A model generated the notes under the pieces. It worked only from the letters and a program-made list of their open reading frames with translations. It ran no database searches and had not been told where the DNA came from. Below, one piece after another: positions 1 to 12,277 of a stretch of DNA of 64,000 nucleotides (position 1 is the first letter of the stretch; each line of letters starts with the position of its first letter). Location of the stretch: the NCBI GenBank assembly GCA_963575745.1, contig CAUYUJ010000001.1, positions 434,001-498,000 on the forward strand, written 5' to 3'. The translations under genes and the position numbers were made by a program. The DNA is from Prorocentrum cordatum. Lineage: Eukaryota.

Positions 1-440
1 CGGAATCACTGCCAAAGAGCGCTCCAAGACGCCCAAGATGTCCCCAAGACGGCCCAAGAGGCCCCAAAGAAGCGCCAAGAGCGCTCCAGGAGGACCCCAA
101 AGAGGGCCAAACGAAGCAACAACTATTGATTTCCCATCTGCTTTTTCCGTATGTCTTCGCGTTCTCGCGATGTCGGGCGTCCGACGCTCCAAGCTGGCCC
201 CAGAGGCCCCCAGGACCGTCCAGGAGGGCCCTAAAATGGCCCCTGATGTGCCCAAGGTCGCCCAAGACGGCCCCGAGACGGCCCCAAGAGGGGAAACGCG
301 AACCACCGGTTCAGCCCTTCCGCTCCACGAGGCCCCCCCAGGAGGCCCCAAGAGGCCCCCGGGAGGCCTGGCCCCGCGAGGCCCCCAGAAGGTCCAACAC
401 GAAGCCCCTACAATAGGCTACCAATCGGGAGCGGCCAAGA
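1..440 (+). repeat. Degenerate GC-rich short-unit repeat (CCAAGA/GGCCCC words)
   Basis: Recurrent CCCAAGAGGCCCC / CCAAGACGGCCCC words; the same family occurs inverted (GGGGCCTCTTGG) at ~30230-30620 and ~31095-31335. Confidence 0.65.
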
Positions 441-1603
441 GGGGGGTGTCCAAGAGGGGGGGGTGCAAATCATGACCGGCGGCATGTGCGCGGCCCAGCG
501 GGGGGGCCAGGGACGTAATGAAATAAGAAGAGGCGCCATAAAATCTGGGGAAATATCATGGCCCACGCCATGATATCCACCCCCCCCTAGTCATCACCCC
601 CCCCTTTTCCGCCCCCGAACCAAACGGCTCCCAAGAGGCCCAGAAAGGCCACGAACGCGCAGGCAGACGCCTGCGATGGCATAAATACGGGCCGGCAGAA
701 TGAGCGAAGCGATTCACTGAGACAACACCGGGCCGAGATCACAATGCGGTAATATCTCAGAACCGGCAGATCTGAACGGCGTGTCCAGCTCTGCGACCGA
801 TCTGGAGCGTTCCGGAACGCTCTGAGAGCAGAATGCTCTGGAAATACTTGAAGATCATTCGTAGGCTTGGGGGTCCCAAAACGGTGTGGTGACAGACCGT
901 ATGGTGACCCCGGATCACCATAAGACCTTCCGCACGGTCCGTCACCACATAGTTTTGACGTCTTGTAGGCCCCAATCGCCCGAGACATCCTCGGATATCG
1001 AACCATGTCCCAAAACCGCACGCTCACCCCGAATGATTGGTTTTCAGATCACAACTCGGACCTCATGTGGCCGTTCGGAATGCGCTGGGTACACCCAAAA
1101 CGCTCTCGCTGAGGCGCAACTGCTGGAACGCATCCCAAGGGAAGAACATCCATAAAAACCGGCGAAAACGTCAGAACACCAGACCATGTTCAACGGAGCA
1201 ATAATTCAATCAGAAAAATCTGTGGACCCCCCCTCGGATAACCCATACAGATGGAGGACACAACGACCTTTGGACAACCCAGCGGGGATCAGGACTGCCC
1301 CACCGGACAACCCCCTGGACAAGCCTCCCCTCGGGGGCGTGCAAACATGGATTCGCGCTCCATGGATTCGGCGCGCGGTCGCCAAATTCATGGATCGGGG
1401 GAGGTGCCCTCCCCAAAATGCGGCCGGTGCCGCCTCGTTCGGCGGCGGTAGTCCTCGATTTCCCGTGGAAACGGGACCAGTCGTGAATCCACGCCCCCCT
1501 GGATCCATGTTTGCGATGGCCTGATGGACCCCCCCCCTGGACACGCCTGCCTCCCCCTGGTATGCGCCTGTCGACCCAGGCCGCACCGCTTTGAGACATG
1601 CCT

Positions 1604-1771
1604 GGATCTAGGTCGGGCATGTCCTCCTAGTGGCGGAGCTTGGAGGACATATTGAAAATAGTCCACAAAATAAACCAAACAGGTCAAAAAGAGTCAAAAC
1701 AATTGTCCACATACTACGTTTGGACTGTCTTTGAATGTCCCTCCTGTAGAGGGACGTGCCCGACTTAAGCC
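1604..1771. mobile_element. ~165-bp MITE, family M1, copy 1
   Basis: Imperfect terminal inverted repeats GGATCTAGGTCGGGCATGTCCTCCTAG ... CCTGTAGAGGGACGTGCCCGACTTAAGCC around an A-rich core; same ends as three other copies in the window. Confidence 0.7.
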
Positions 1772-1798
1772 TGGATCGGGCCTCTGCAGGTCCAGCCT

Positions 1799-1963
1799 GG
1801 CTTTGAGTCGGGCCCGTCCCCCTAAAGGTGGATCTTGGACGACAAACGACAAGAAACAAAACATACGCAAAAACATTGGATATAGTCCACACAATGGACC
1901 CCTGGCAATTTCTGGGCTATTCTTGAACATTCCTCCTGTAGAGGGACACGCCCGGCTTAAGCC
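1799..1963. mobile_element. ~165-bp MITE, family M1, copy 2
   Basis: TIRs GGCTTTGAGTCGGGCCCGTCCCCTAAAGG ... CCTGTAGAGGGACACGCCCGGCTTAAGCC. Confidence 0.7.
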
Positions 1964-2109
1964 TTCGTGGCGCGCACGTGGCCCGCCAGCACCTGGCGGG
2001 TGCCGGTGCCCAGCCAAGAGACCACGGCCCGGGGCCTGCGGCTGCCGAAGGCGGCTTGGCTGGTGCTGGTCAGCTCCCCATCCCCTCTCCCGTTTTCTTG
2101 TTCGCGTGA

Positions 2110-2243
2110 GGTGGAGGAGGAGGAGGAGGAGGAGGAGGAGGAGGAGGAGGAAGAGAAGGGGGAGGAGGAGGAGGAGGAGGAGGAAATGGAGGAGGAGGAG
2201 GAGGAGGAGGAGGAGGATCTCGAGGAGGAGGATCTCGAGGAGG
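2110..2243. repeat. (GGA)n microsatellite
   Basis: Directly visible; abuts the 5' truncation of the RLE LINE. Confidence 0.95.
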
Positions 2244-4045
2244 CACCACGCACCTGTGGTGGGGGGCGAGTGGCTCGGCCCAAGCAGTGCCAGCCACGAA
2301 AGGGGTCGACCAGGGCTGCCCGCTCTCGCCCGCCTACTTCGCCTTGGGGCTGGCGGAGGCGTTATCCAACATCGACGCTCGCTTGCGGGCCGCGGCGCCG
2401 ACTGCTCGGGCGCCCTCCTGCTTAGATGATGTGGTGGTGGTGGTTCCTACGACGCTTGGGGAGGCAGCGGCGCACAGTGGTCGAGGAACTCACGCGAGCA
2501 GGACTCCCCATCAACGAGGGCAAAACCGCGGCGTGGACCCGCGACCCAACGACGCCACTTTCGCCCCTGCTCGACGCGCTGCGGGTGCCAACTCTCCGCT
2601 GCCTGGGGGCCACCACGCCCTGGGTGGAGCCGGACGACCCGCTGGGGCGGCTCGCTGTTCACGGGCAGGCTGACGGCGACGAGGCAGTGCGGGCCGCCGA
2701 GCGACTGATCACCCGACTCCAGGAACTGCGGGGTGCCGGACTCGGGGCGAGGGAATGCTTCTGGCTGCTCCAAACCTACAGTAACGGTTGCGTCACGCAC
2801 CTGCTCCGTGCAAACTACGAGGACGGGGACTGGCTTACCAGGCTCGACAGAACCTTCATACAGTTTGTGGAGGACTTCCTGGGCGACGCCCTCGACGAAG
2901 ACCAGTGGGCGCAATGCTTCCTCCGGTTCGCCGACGGGGGCCTTGGGCTCGCCTCGGCCGCGCAGGCGGCGGCCGCCGCCTATCTGGGAAGCTGGGCGCT
3001 CACCCTCTTCAGCGTGGGCGCCTGCCTGGACGAGCCCTCCTGGGCGCTGTTCAAGGAGCGCTGCCCCCTTGTGGCCGAGGCCATAGCGAGGGCGGAGACT
3101 CGGCTCCAGGCGCAGAGCGGGGGGTCTCTCGAGGCGATCGACTGGACCGGCTGCATGGGCGAACCACTCCAGGGGATGCAAGGTAAGTGGGCGGGCGACC
3201 TCCGCAGCAAGGCACGCGAGCGGCTGCTGGCCTCTCTGGGGACAGACGACAGGGTGGACTTCCGCTCGTCAGGCGGCCCCGGCGCAAGAGGGTACTTGGA
3301 TCCGCCCGTCGTCCGCGAGGGAAAGACGCCCGCTAGAATGCCAGACGAACACTTCCGCATCGCCCTCAAGGACAAGCTGCGCCTGCCTGTGTGCCCGCCG
3401 GGCGCGACCTGCAAGCTCCGCAAGGCCGACGGAACGCTGTGCGGGGAGGCACTCGACCGACGCGGCCGCCACGCCCTGAAGTGCCCGTGCGGCCCCTACC
3501 GCAACAACAAACACAACGGCCTCTGGGACTTCTGCGCCAGCTACCACCAGCGGACCACGGGACACGCAGCGCAAACGGAACAACGAGTTGTTGCTTGGGA
3601 CAGGGCGAACCCGCGGACAGGGCGCCTCGAAGAGGCGCGGCTCGACGTCGCCACCCGCGACGCGGTGACCGGCCAGACAGTGTTCTTGGACACGAGCGTG
3701 ACCTGCGCGCACGGCGGCACCGCGCCGCGCCAGCAGGCTCGCTCGAACAAGGACGGCCTCGCCGCCACCAACGCGGAAGACGCCAAGCGGGAGCGCTACC
3801 CGCCCGAGGGGGGCCAGATCATCCCGGTCATCTTCGAAACAGGAGGCCGCCCGGGAGACGCCACCGTGGCGTACGTCCGCTCCTGGGGTCACGACATGGC
3901 CCCTGCGGAGCGGACAGAGGTCCTCCGCTATGGGTGGCAGCAGCTCAGCACCCGGTTGCATTTCGGCAGCGCCGAGACTATCTTGGCGGCCGTCGGGCGC
4001 TGGGGCTTTACCAGGAGCGCCCCGACACTCTTGAGCCGACACTAG
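2244..4045 (+). mobile_element. 5'-truncated non-LTR retrotransposon with restriction-like endonuclease (CRE-like): C-terminal RT, zinc knuckle and RLE; one frameshift near 2470
   Basis: RT motifs GVDQGCPLSP and a degenerate YxDD (SCLDD) in ORF 2287-2673. ORF 2426-4045 carries GLPINEGKT, LRFADGGLGL, C..CGEALDRRGRHALKC..RNNKHN, RLDV..FLDTSV, AEDAKRERY and IPVIFETGG, which are typical of RLE-type LINEs. Confidence 0.85.
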
Positions 4046-4808
4046 CGGGAAGGCGCTAGCAGGGCCACTGCCCGCGGCAACGCCCGCGCCGACAACGACG
4101 CAGGGACCACGACACAGACGACGGCGACGGCTGCGCGGCTGCTGCCCCCCGCCCCCCGCGTTCCGCCGCCCCCGCCCCCCACCGCCGACGACCGCGACGA
4201 TGGTGGCGATGGTGGCCGAAGCCTCCCGCCCCCCGGACCCCGCCGCGGTGGCCTCCGCCCTCCGCCCCCGCCGACGTGATTCGACGCCCCCTCTCCTCCT
4301 CCTCTCCTTCGGCCGGTCGCCCCTGTTTGTCTTTTCCTGCGCCCTGGCTGCCGCTGTCCTTTTTCCTCCTCCCCCCGATTCACCGGCAGCGCGGCGCGCA
4401 ATCGGGAGGGGGGTCTAGCGTCGACCCAGGAGGAATCCGCGCGGACCCCCGTTTGGCAGGTGGATTGTTCGGGACTGCCTCCCCCCTGCTGCTGCTGCTG
4501 CTGGCCCGCCTCTGTCCGTTCTCTCCTTCGGCGGAGGAGGAGGAGGAGGAGGAGGAGGAGGAGGAAGAGGAGGTGGAGGAGGAGAAGGAGGGGGAGAAGT
4601 GGAGGAAAAGAGAACGTGGGACTGTGGAGCCCCTCGGAGTTGAAGGCGCGCGCGCGAGGCTTTCGCACTGGATTCGCGCGTGTCTTTCAATGCTCAGTGT
4701 GCTCTGTGGCGTCCTTTTCTCTCCCCCTCCTTTGTCCTTTCCTCTTCCTCTCCTCCTCCACCTCCTCCCCCTCGAAAAACCAATGCAAGTTTTTCAGTTA
4801 TTGGTGCG

Positions 4809-4841
<33 letters not shown>

Positions 4842-4846
4842 CTGCT

Positions 4847-5075
4847 TATATATATATATATGTATGTAAATTTGTATGTATATATATATGTATATATAAA
4901 AAAGGGGGAGAGGACATTCCTCTCCCTCCTCCTCCTCCCTCTCCTCCTTCTTTTCCTCCTCCAACATATATATATGTCTATATATACACATATATACATA
5001 TATATGTGTATATATACCTATATACAAATACATATACATATATATATATGTATACATATGTATATATACATAATA
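4847..5075. repeat. Interrupted (TA)n microsatellite, left flank of the YR retrotransposon
   Basis: Directly visible TATATA/TACA tracts. Confidence 0.9.
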
Positions 5076-5091
5076 CAGAAAGCCTTCAAGA

Positions 5092-5250
5092 AAGCGGCCT
5101 TCAAGAAAGCGGCGGAAAAGGCAAAGCCGACGCACTATGTTGCTGTGGGACTTCGTTTTCAGACAAGATGAAGCGTAGATCCACCCACAACGAAGTCAGA
5201 GAGAAACTCGAAGCGCTTCGCGTGTGCCATCGCACACTGTAAGAAACCTC
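5092..5250 (-). repeat. Split direct repeat B2
   Basis: Matches 5425-5582 except for one extra A (GGAAAAGG vs GGAAAGG). Confidence 0.95.
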
Positions 5251-5312
5251 CCCTGCTTAGAGGGATTTATCTCGCCTTTGCATACAGGGCGGCAGGCAGG
5301 GACAGGGAGGCA

Positions 5313-5407
5313 AGAAAAAGGAGCGACTACGGAACGCAGTCTAGGACAGGGCTCTGAGACGTGTTGTCCGAAGGCCTCCTATTCTGAGGAAAACGCGTAC
5401 AAACTCA
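5313..5407 (-). repeat. Split direct repeat A2
   Basis: 95 bp AGAAAAAGGAGCGACTACGG...CGCGTACAAACTCA; matches 12184-12278 with 3 substitutions by eye. Confidence 0.95.
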
Positions 5408-5424
5408 CATTCGCACAGTGTCTC

Positions 5425-5582
5425 AAGCGGCCTTCAAGAAAGCGGCGGAAAGGCAAAGCCGACGCACTATGTTGCTGTGGGACTTCGTTTTCAGACAAGA
5501 TGAAGCGTAGATCCACCCACAACGAAGTCAGAGAGAAACTCGAAGCGCTTCGCGTGTGCCATCGCACACTGTAAGAAACCTC
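5425..5582 (-). repeat. Split direct repeat B1
   Basis: Direct copy of 5092-5250, lying ~50 bp after the YR stop codon. Confidence 0.95.
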
Positions 5583-5632
5583 ACATACGCATAATGATGT
5601 CCAGGGTGGTGGTGGGGTAGCTGGTTGGCGCG

Positions 5633-6778
5633 TTAACGATGCTGGCGAAAAGCATTCTTGAGCAGGTCCGGGAGTTGGCGACCGGCCGCAATCGCGTCCC
5701 GCCTCTGGCGGGCTGTCATTTTGTGCAATTGCCGCAGGAGTGTCGCATGCTTCTCATAGCGTCTTACCGACGCAGGGCATTTCCATTTTCCACGATCCTG
5801 AATTTGTTGGATGCTGAGCGCCTTGAGGTAGGCGTCGGTGGACGGACCCGTGTGGCGAAAGCAGTGCGGCACAATCCTCAGGGCGTTCAGCTCGAGCGCC
5901 TCACAGGCCTCTTTGATAGCCTCCTCATAGGACGGCAGCGTGAGATGACGGAAGACTCGCTCGCCGTTGTGAGCCGATCCGTGCAGATAAGCTGCGACAT
6001 CTTTCGTGAAAGCACGATCGAGGATGCCGATGATCAGCGCATCGTCTTGCTCACCCGACTTGGTCTTACCAGCCCGAGTGCTAGGAGAGAGAACCAAGCC
6101 CCAGTCGGTGTAGCGCGAACCTCGCTGCCGAATCGGCGGCAACAAATCCTCTCTTTTGATGTCCAGCAGGGCGCCTGGGCGCACATAGGTATCAACTTGC
6201 AGCGCCACGGCCAGGGCGCACCAAAAGTAGAAGGCTTGATTCTTGAGCAGTAGCCATTGGACAATCAGCCACGCCGCTTCGATCGGGCACGGGTCCCGAA
6301 TGCGTCCAGGCATCTGACGAAGCCAGCCTCTAAGCGCGGTTTCAGCCCTGGGCAACACGTGTCCCCCGCGACCGAGATGGGAGAGCCGCAGCAGCGCGTA
6401 ACCGTAGAGGGTCCACCTTCCCAGCTGGGGCTGCCCCCTATGGGCGTGCAGCCACTCGAAGTAGTCCGACATCGCAGAGTCTGCCGCCTCGTGCGTGCGG
6501 AGGCTGAGCGCCCTGCCAGCCGCCCACGCCTCGAACTCCCCGACCTCCACCTTGTAGGTGTTCAGGGTGGCGGGCAAAACGCTGTTCTCGACCAGGTTTC
6601 GAGGCTGGGGGGCAGGCCCGTGACGGACGAACTGCAGGGGGCCGAGCGAGACGTTGACGTCGACCGCCGCCTCCCGGCGCGGGAACGCGCAAGGGCGCGC
6701 CACTGCTGGCCCACGTATGCGATGAGCCTGCCCGGGACTCGGTCGAGCTCGTCGCCGACGTGCGGGGCCGACCTCCAC
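5633..6778 (-). CDS. Tyrosine recombinase (integrase) of the YR retrotransposon; true start uncertain, overlaps the end of pol
   Basis: Catalytic residues in order: YVRPG (R), KTKSG (K), PHCFRH (HxxR), RGKW (W), VRRYEK (Y); the frame is uninterrupted. Confidence 0.9.
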   Translation of the reverse strand: MEVGPARRRRARPSPGQAHRIRGPAVARPCAFPRREAAVDVNVSLGPLQFVRHGPAPQPRNLVENSVLPATLNTYKVEVGEFEAWAAGRALSLRTHEAADSAMSDYFEWLHAHRGQPQLGRWTLYGYALLRLSHLGRGGHVLPRAETALRGWLRQMPGRIRDPCPIEAAWLIVQWLLLKNQAFYFWCALAVALQVDTYVRPGALLDIKREDLLPPIRQRGSRYTDWGLVLSPSTRAGKTKSGEQDDALIIGILDRAFTKDVAAYLHGSAHNGERVFRHLTLPSYEEAIKEACEALELNALRIVPHCFRHTGPSTDAYLKALSIQQIQDRGKWKCPASVRRYEKHATLLRQLHKMTARQRRDAIAAGRQLPDLLKNAFRQHR

Positions 6779-6911
6779 TGGTCAAAAACCCCTCGTTGAC
6801 GACGTCGGAGTCCTGGATCGTGCGCTTGTTGGAGACTGGCCGAGCTAACGACGTGTCTAACCGTGGCATTCTGATCAACTGGAAAGATATGGCGCCGCCG
6901 GACGTGGGCCC

Positions 6912-7560
6912 GGATCAGCCGTGCTGCATTGAAACAGAACCTCGAGCCGTAGACTCCTGCGACCCGAGAGGCCTGTGTCCATCGGCAGGCCTGCTTGTCC
7001 GCATCCCAGACATGAAACTTGCCCGTCGCTACCGCGTGGGCGTGGTTCCCAGGACACTTTCTAGACAACAACTCCAGGCCAGGAAGAGCGCCAACCAACC
7101 GAGTAGGTTTCTTAATGGTTCCTTCGAAGCCACAAGCGTGAAACTCGACAACTGAAACACGTGAGTCATACAAAATTTCCATGATTGGCTCGAAGCCCCA
7201 GAGACGAGATGTGAGAGGGTTCTCCAGAACAAAAGCCACGTTGAACTTCAGACATTCTCGGATAACTTCTGACGAAAACCATGCATGCTGGGCGCCGAGC
7301 CAATCCTTTTCGCGAGCAGCCTCGAGATTGCGAACGCCACGCCTAGCAATACTGAAGGCACTGCAAGGGGTACCCAACCACACACACAACACTTGGCCCC
7401 GTTGAGTGAGACCGATGATATACTGCCTGATGCCGGGGTCCAAGAGGTCATACTCGGGGCCCTTCGAGAGCTCGATACCTTCTCCGCTTGGAATGCCCAG
7501 TGAAGCCACGGCCCTGGCAAGGCCCTCACGTCCCGCAAATAACTCCAGAAAGATGGCCCC
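6912..7560 (-). CDS. C5 DNA cytosine methyltransferase-like domain at the C-terminal part of pol (within ORF 6562-9660)
   Basis: Motif I FLELFAGREG, motif IV WLGTPCSAFS (catalytic PC), motif VI FVLENP, then HACGF..KKPT and CPGNHAH; no stop or frameshift within the domain. Confidence 0.82.
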
Positions 7561-8079
7561 TCTCCTGATCCGCAGCGCACGGTGTAGGTCGTAGCTCTCG
7601 GCCTCGGAGGCCGCCGAGTCCGAGCCTCGAGAGAGCTTTGATGGAGTCCCCGTGGAGGTCCTGCATGGGGGCCGCCGTGCACGTTGAGGCCCTGGAGGTA
7701 CCAGTAGAAGGCCCCGTAGAGGTCCTGCAGAGCGCCGCCCCCGATGAGGAGGGACATCCCGACGAAGCCCAAGTAGCGCCAGCCACAGAGGAGCTCGTAG
7801 GGGGCCTTGCGGAGGTACACGGAGAGGGAGCCCAGGCCCTGGAGGAGCAGGCAGAAGTTGAATCACAGGCACCCGCAGGAGGATCGTGAGGCACGGCAAA
7901 GTGTATTTGTTTTTTCCCCCGAGCAGCGGATGCCACTCGCACTGCGCCCTGATCTGGCAAGCGCAACAGACGGGCCAAGGCGCCCGAAGCTCCGCCTGTC
8001 GGGCGGACTCTGCAGGTGGCCCGGACGATTGCCATGCCCTGACCGCCTCGCTCCAGGCCGAGGTTGCGCGACCTCTCTG

Positions 8080-8830
8080 TCGGGTCGGCACCTCGATCAA
8101 AACGGCGAGAGCCCGCGCCCGTCGGGTTGCGGACCCCTTCAAGGTGACGGGTCGCCCACTGTGCATCGCAGGCAATCTGCAAAGCTGCGGCACGCTGACC
8201 GAGATACCGCAGGCCCCAGTTGGTTTTCTCCGCGCCTCGCCCACGCCCGCGATCAAAGGCGCAACGGGCGACCAAACTGTCGGAGAGAGAGAAAAGAGCC
8301 GCTTCTCGTGGCAGCGAGGGTTGCGACAAGCACGCCGCAGCCCAGTCAACATCACCCTGCCCTCTTTGGTGTTGATGTGCTCAGAGGGGTCGTCCCACTT
8401 CCGCTCGAAGAGGGTCTTCCAGCGCTCGGGCGGGTCCCAGTTGGCGCCGAGAGCCGGCGCACGCTGGGGATCCCCCCGCAGAACTCGCTCTCGAAGTGCG
8501 CGTCTTACCCCGCCAGGGGCCAGCCTGTCGCTCTCCTTGCGGTGTTGGCGCTCCAGCTGAGTTGGAGGCCGGGGAGGCGCGACCACCTCGGGCGACTCCC
8601 GGTCATCCCGCCACGGCTCGGGCGAGCCCCCCAGTGGCGAGAGGCCAGCACCGTCGCTCAGCTCGAGGTAGGGGACCAACTCGCAGCTCGGGTCGGCCCG
8701 ATCCTCGATGAAGCGCCAGCGTTCGTGGTAGGCTGCCGCCTCTCTGAGCTCCGCGTCCGAGGCGCTCGTGCCGGCCAGACAGTAGCCCAGATCCAAAGAG
8801 TCCGAGCAGTAGGCCATGCGCAGCCGCGGA
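8080..8830 (-). pseudogene. RNase H domain of pol, frameshifted
   Basis: AYCSDS..GY and HINTKEGR in the 6562-9660 frame; LSDSLV..AFDRGR and a degenerate NPAD..SR (RNPTGAGSR) in the 7526-8329 frame. Confidence 0.75.
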
Positions 8831-9099
8831 GCGCCCAGATCACGCCGGCAGAGGAAGACGAGACCGAGGATCACCTTGATCTCCTGGCGCACCGAGCCCC
8901 ACACCCGGCAGCGCCGCTCCAGCGAGTGCTGGATGAACTGGTAGACTGCCCACAGACTGGATAGCGCCGGCCTATTGAGCATGAAGAGGTGAACCACGTG
9001 ACCGACCCATACGCGGAGGACTTCTCCTCGAAGCCGTCGCCGTCGGAGTAGCTCTTTGCCGGCCAGATAGACGCGCCGCACTCGGCGGGGCTGATGATG

Positions 9100-10460
9100 C
9101 AACAGTCGCCGATGCCCATCGAGGATGGCGCCCAGGTGCTCTAGCGAGAAGGTGTGCTCCACTATGTCGTGTGTGCGCATGTCACGCGCAGAGAACTGAT
9201 GCAGAACGTTATGTACATCTGAAGTGTCGGTATTAGCAGACAGCAGGGCAGCGTTGTCCACGTAGGTCGAGGTGATCGGGCTCGCGAAAAGAAGCCCGAG
9301 GAGCACGATGCTTCTCCCGAGCGGCCCGAAGGGCGCCTCCTGGGACCCCCGCGGCCACGATATGCTCCACAGCTGAATGACAGAAGTAAAGGGCCCACGT
9401 AAAACCCATGCTCGGCGCTCTGAAGCAGGGGTACACGATATCGGTGGGCTGCAGCGGCACCATCTCCTCAAGGTCGTCGTCCCAGACCTCCGTGGCTCCA
9501 TAGACGCTGGCCTCGTCCGGGTCATCCATCCCGAACCAGCTGGCCATGGGCCAGTTGTCAAACTGGTAGAAGCCGTCGACCACGCCCAACGAGCTCCCAG
9601 AGAAGGGCAAGGAGAAAAGGCCACCCTGTCCCTTGAGCAGCTCCGCCTCCTCCTCGGCACTCAACTCGGCATCGGCGATGTCAGAAAGCTCCGCCAGGCT
9701 GAGGTTCACGTCCGCCAGGGCGGCGATCGCGCCCAGGTCCGTGTGAGGAGGCGCCTTGCACTTCTCGTTGGTCGAGCGAGCGTCCACGATCAGCCTGGCC
9801 ATCCCGGTCTTCTTCCAGACAAAGAATAGAGAGACTCTCGAGAAGATGCGCCGCCTGAAGGCGACGAGCTGTCGGTCGTGCAAATTGGCGAACAACTCAC
9901 GGCGGCGCTGCTTTGAGCGCCGTAGGTCCGGGCACCGGTACGGGGTGACAGAGACGCCTCTCAAACGATCTGCCTCGAGCTCGCCATCACTCTTCAACGC
10001 GTGTTTTCTGAAGTCCGTCGCCAGGCGCAGCGCGTCCGGGGGGGGCGCGGACTCTAGAGGTAGAGGGCGAGTGGCGCCCTTCGTCACCTTCAGCTTGTCG
10101 GGGAGGTACGGTGCCATGTGTTGTGGCTCCTGCGTGTACAGGTCTTTCGCTTTGCACACTTCGTCGAGCGCGCTCAGCGGGGCAGGTCTCGCGGCCGGCT
10201 GCCGTAGAGTGAGATGCGATCATCCAGGGATTCCAAGATCGACATCTGAGAAAAAGAGGCCTTGCCCGGACTGCCTCGGTATAGGCAGTCACAGTCTGAA
10301 CATGCTCTGGTGCGATACAGGAAGTTGAGCGAACGAACGGACTCCAAAAGACGCTGGTCCTGATGCCCACGTTGCCCACGCATTCCTCGCCACCGGCGCC
10401 CGGAGCCCCCGGAGGAGCCCTTCACCAGGCGAACAGGCAAAGGGAGAGGATCGCCATGCC
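9100..10460 (-). pseudogene. Reverse transcriptase region of pol (DIRS-type), frameshifted
   Basis: DPLPLP..SLNFLY at the N-terminus (10174-11028 frame); LFFVWKK..RLIVDAR, DGFYQ and SMGFTWALYFCH (ORF 9233-10159); TYVDN and LEHLG in the 6562-9660 frame. Confidence 0.85.
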
Positions 10461-10597
10461 GTCGCCGACCATGATCTTCTCGACCACGGCGAACAAAACT
10501 CGGAACCCGAAGCAACAGACTGGAGGCTCCTACCTGTGGGAAACATGTGCCAGCGAGGCCGACCAGGTACTCGACCCCGCGCGGGCGGGGCAAGGCG

Positions 10598-11751
10598 TTA
10601 GCCCTGCCCCCCTCCGCCGCCGTCGGCGGCGCCGCCCTTGTTCCCCTTCGACGCACCTTTGGGCCCCTTGGGGCCGCTGCGCCGCTTGTCCTCAGCCGCC
10701 CGTTCTTCACGAAGCAAACGGGACTGCTTGAGGGCGAAGGCCCGCTGGTGCTGCTTCTCGGCAATCCACTTTGTGAACTTGGGCACGGCAACGCGGCCCT
10801 TGTCCTCAGTCGATCCCGCCAACATGTAGCCGAGCCCGCTGTAGTCTGGATGCCTCGCGTCCTTCTCCACGGCGAGCTCATGCTGGATGAGCCGCCTGAC
10901 GAGCTGCTCGCCCATGGCCGAGTTTGCCAGGTTGTACTGGTCGCACGTGAGGCCCAGGCGCAGCGCCTCCAGGATGATGCGACGATCGCGCGCGATCCCA
11001 CTATTGGGCGAGACCCCTGCAGCCACACACATCAGTTCTGATGATAGCTGTCGAAAGAGCCGTCGGTGGTCTCCAGGATCCCGTCCAGATACTCCTTGAC
11101 CGCGCGGGGGTCGGCGAAGGGAAAATCGTCGAACTTGGTTTCCTCGAGCTTACCCACTGCGTCCTTGGCCTGCAAGAACCTCTTGCCGCCCGACGTGCGG
11201 TAGGTGCCGAGAAGACGGAAATCTCCCCCGCCGCCAACCCTGCTCTTCCAGTCTGCCAGGTCGTTCTGGTTGACTCGCTCCACGTGCACCTCCGACGTCG
11301 TGTCATTCGCATCGAGCTGCACCACCCCCTTGGTCTCGCGAAGCATCGCGCGCCCTGCGTCGTCCAAGATGCCGGGTTCCACTTGCTCGCCGAACCTGGG
11401 GTGCGCGGTGTCGGAGACCACCCACACCTCAGCGTCATCCACCTCAATATCCTCCCCCGCGATGTCAGCCAGAACCTTCGCCCTGGCGATGGCCTCGCTG
11501 AGCTCCCTGACGGGGATGGGATCGAAGAGGAAGCAGTCGTTGCGACACCTGTCGGGGACGGGCCGGCCTCGAGCCAGGGGCTCAAACCTGATCGTCGCAG
11601 TGTCCAAGATCTGCAACTCGCCTGTCGGTGCGAGCACAACCCATCGACCTGACGAGATACGAACAAGCAACACTCGGTGATGCCAGGTAAAATTCTGATC
11701 ATCATCATACCGAACCAAGATCTGACGTTCCTTAATATCCAACGCACTCAT
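10598..11751 (-). CDS. gag-like ORF1 of the YR retrotransposon, split into two ORFs at a TGATG junction (11030-11034)
   Basis: First ORF after repeat A1; protein-like composition (WHHRVLL...; DQYNLAN..GEQLVRRLIQHE..KQSRLLREE); overlaps the start of pol. Assigned by position. Confidence 0.7.
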
Positions 11752-12183
11752 TGTTTATCCCCGAGGCGAAGAGAGGAAGGCGTGGCAGGACCGACCCTGG
11801 CACGGGCCACCTGTGGCTGCTCGAAGGTCGGCGTAAGTTGGACCACAGGCGCGGCACGACGATGTGAGCACCGACCCAGTGGCAATCCGATGACGAACCC
11901 CACGAAGCCGATGCTGAAGGTGACACTGACACAGAAACTCACCGTCACCGACGAGCTCAACTGGGACTGCACTGACTCCAACTGACGTGTCAAGATTCGC
12001 TCGATGTGACCACAACCTGTATCTGACAGCGGCTCGCACTGGGTTCCTTCAAAATGACAGTTGCAAGCCGGCTCGCTGGCCGGGGTGTTGAGCGCCACCA
12101 GATCGCGCAGAACAGAGTAAAGGAAATGCAGATCCTGTGGGATGTGCGTGGTGCCAGCAAGGTCGGCCCAGCGGGCCTTCTCG

Positions 12184-12277
12184 AGAAAAAGGAGCGACTA
12201 CGGAACGCAGTCTAGGACAGGGCTCTGACACGTGTTGTCCGAAGGCCTCCTATTCTGGGGAAGACGCGTACAAACTC

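Noticed and set aside
6562..9660. 1032-aa ORF as an intact pol
   Set aside because: It is a mosaic: the N-terminal RT motifs and the end of RNase H lie in other frames.
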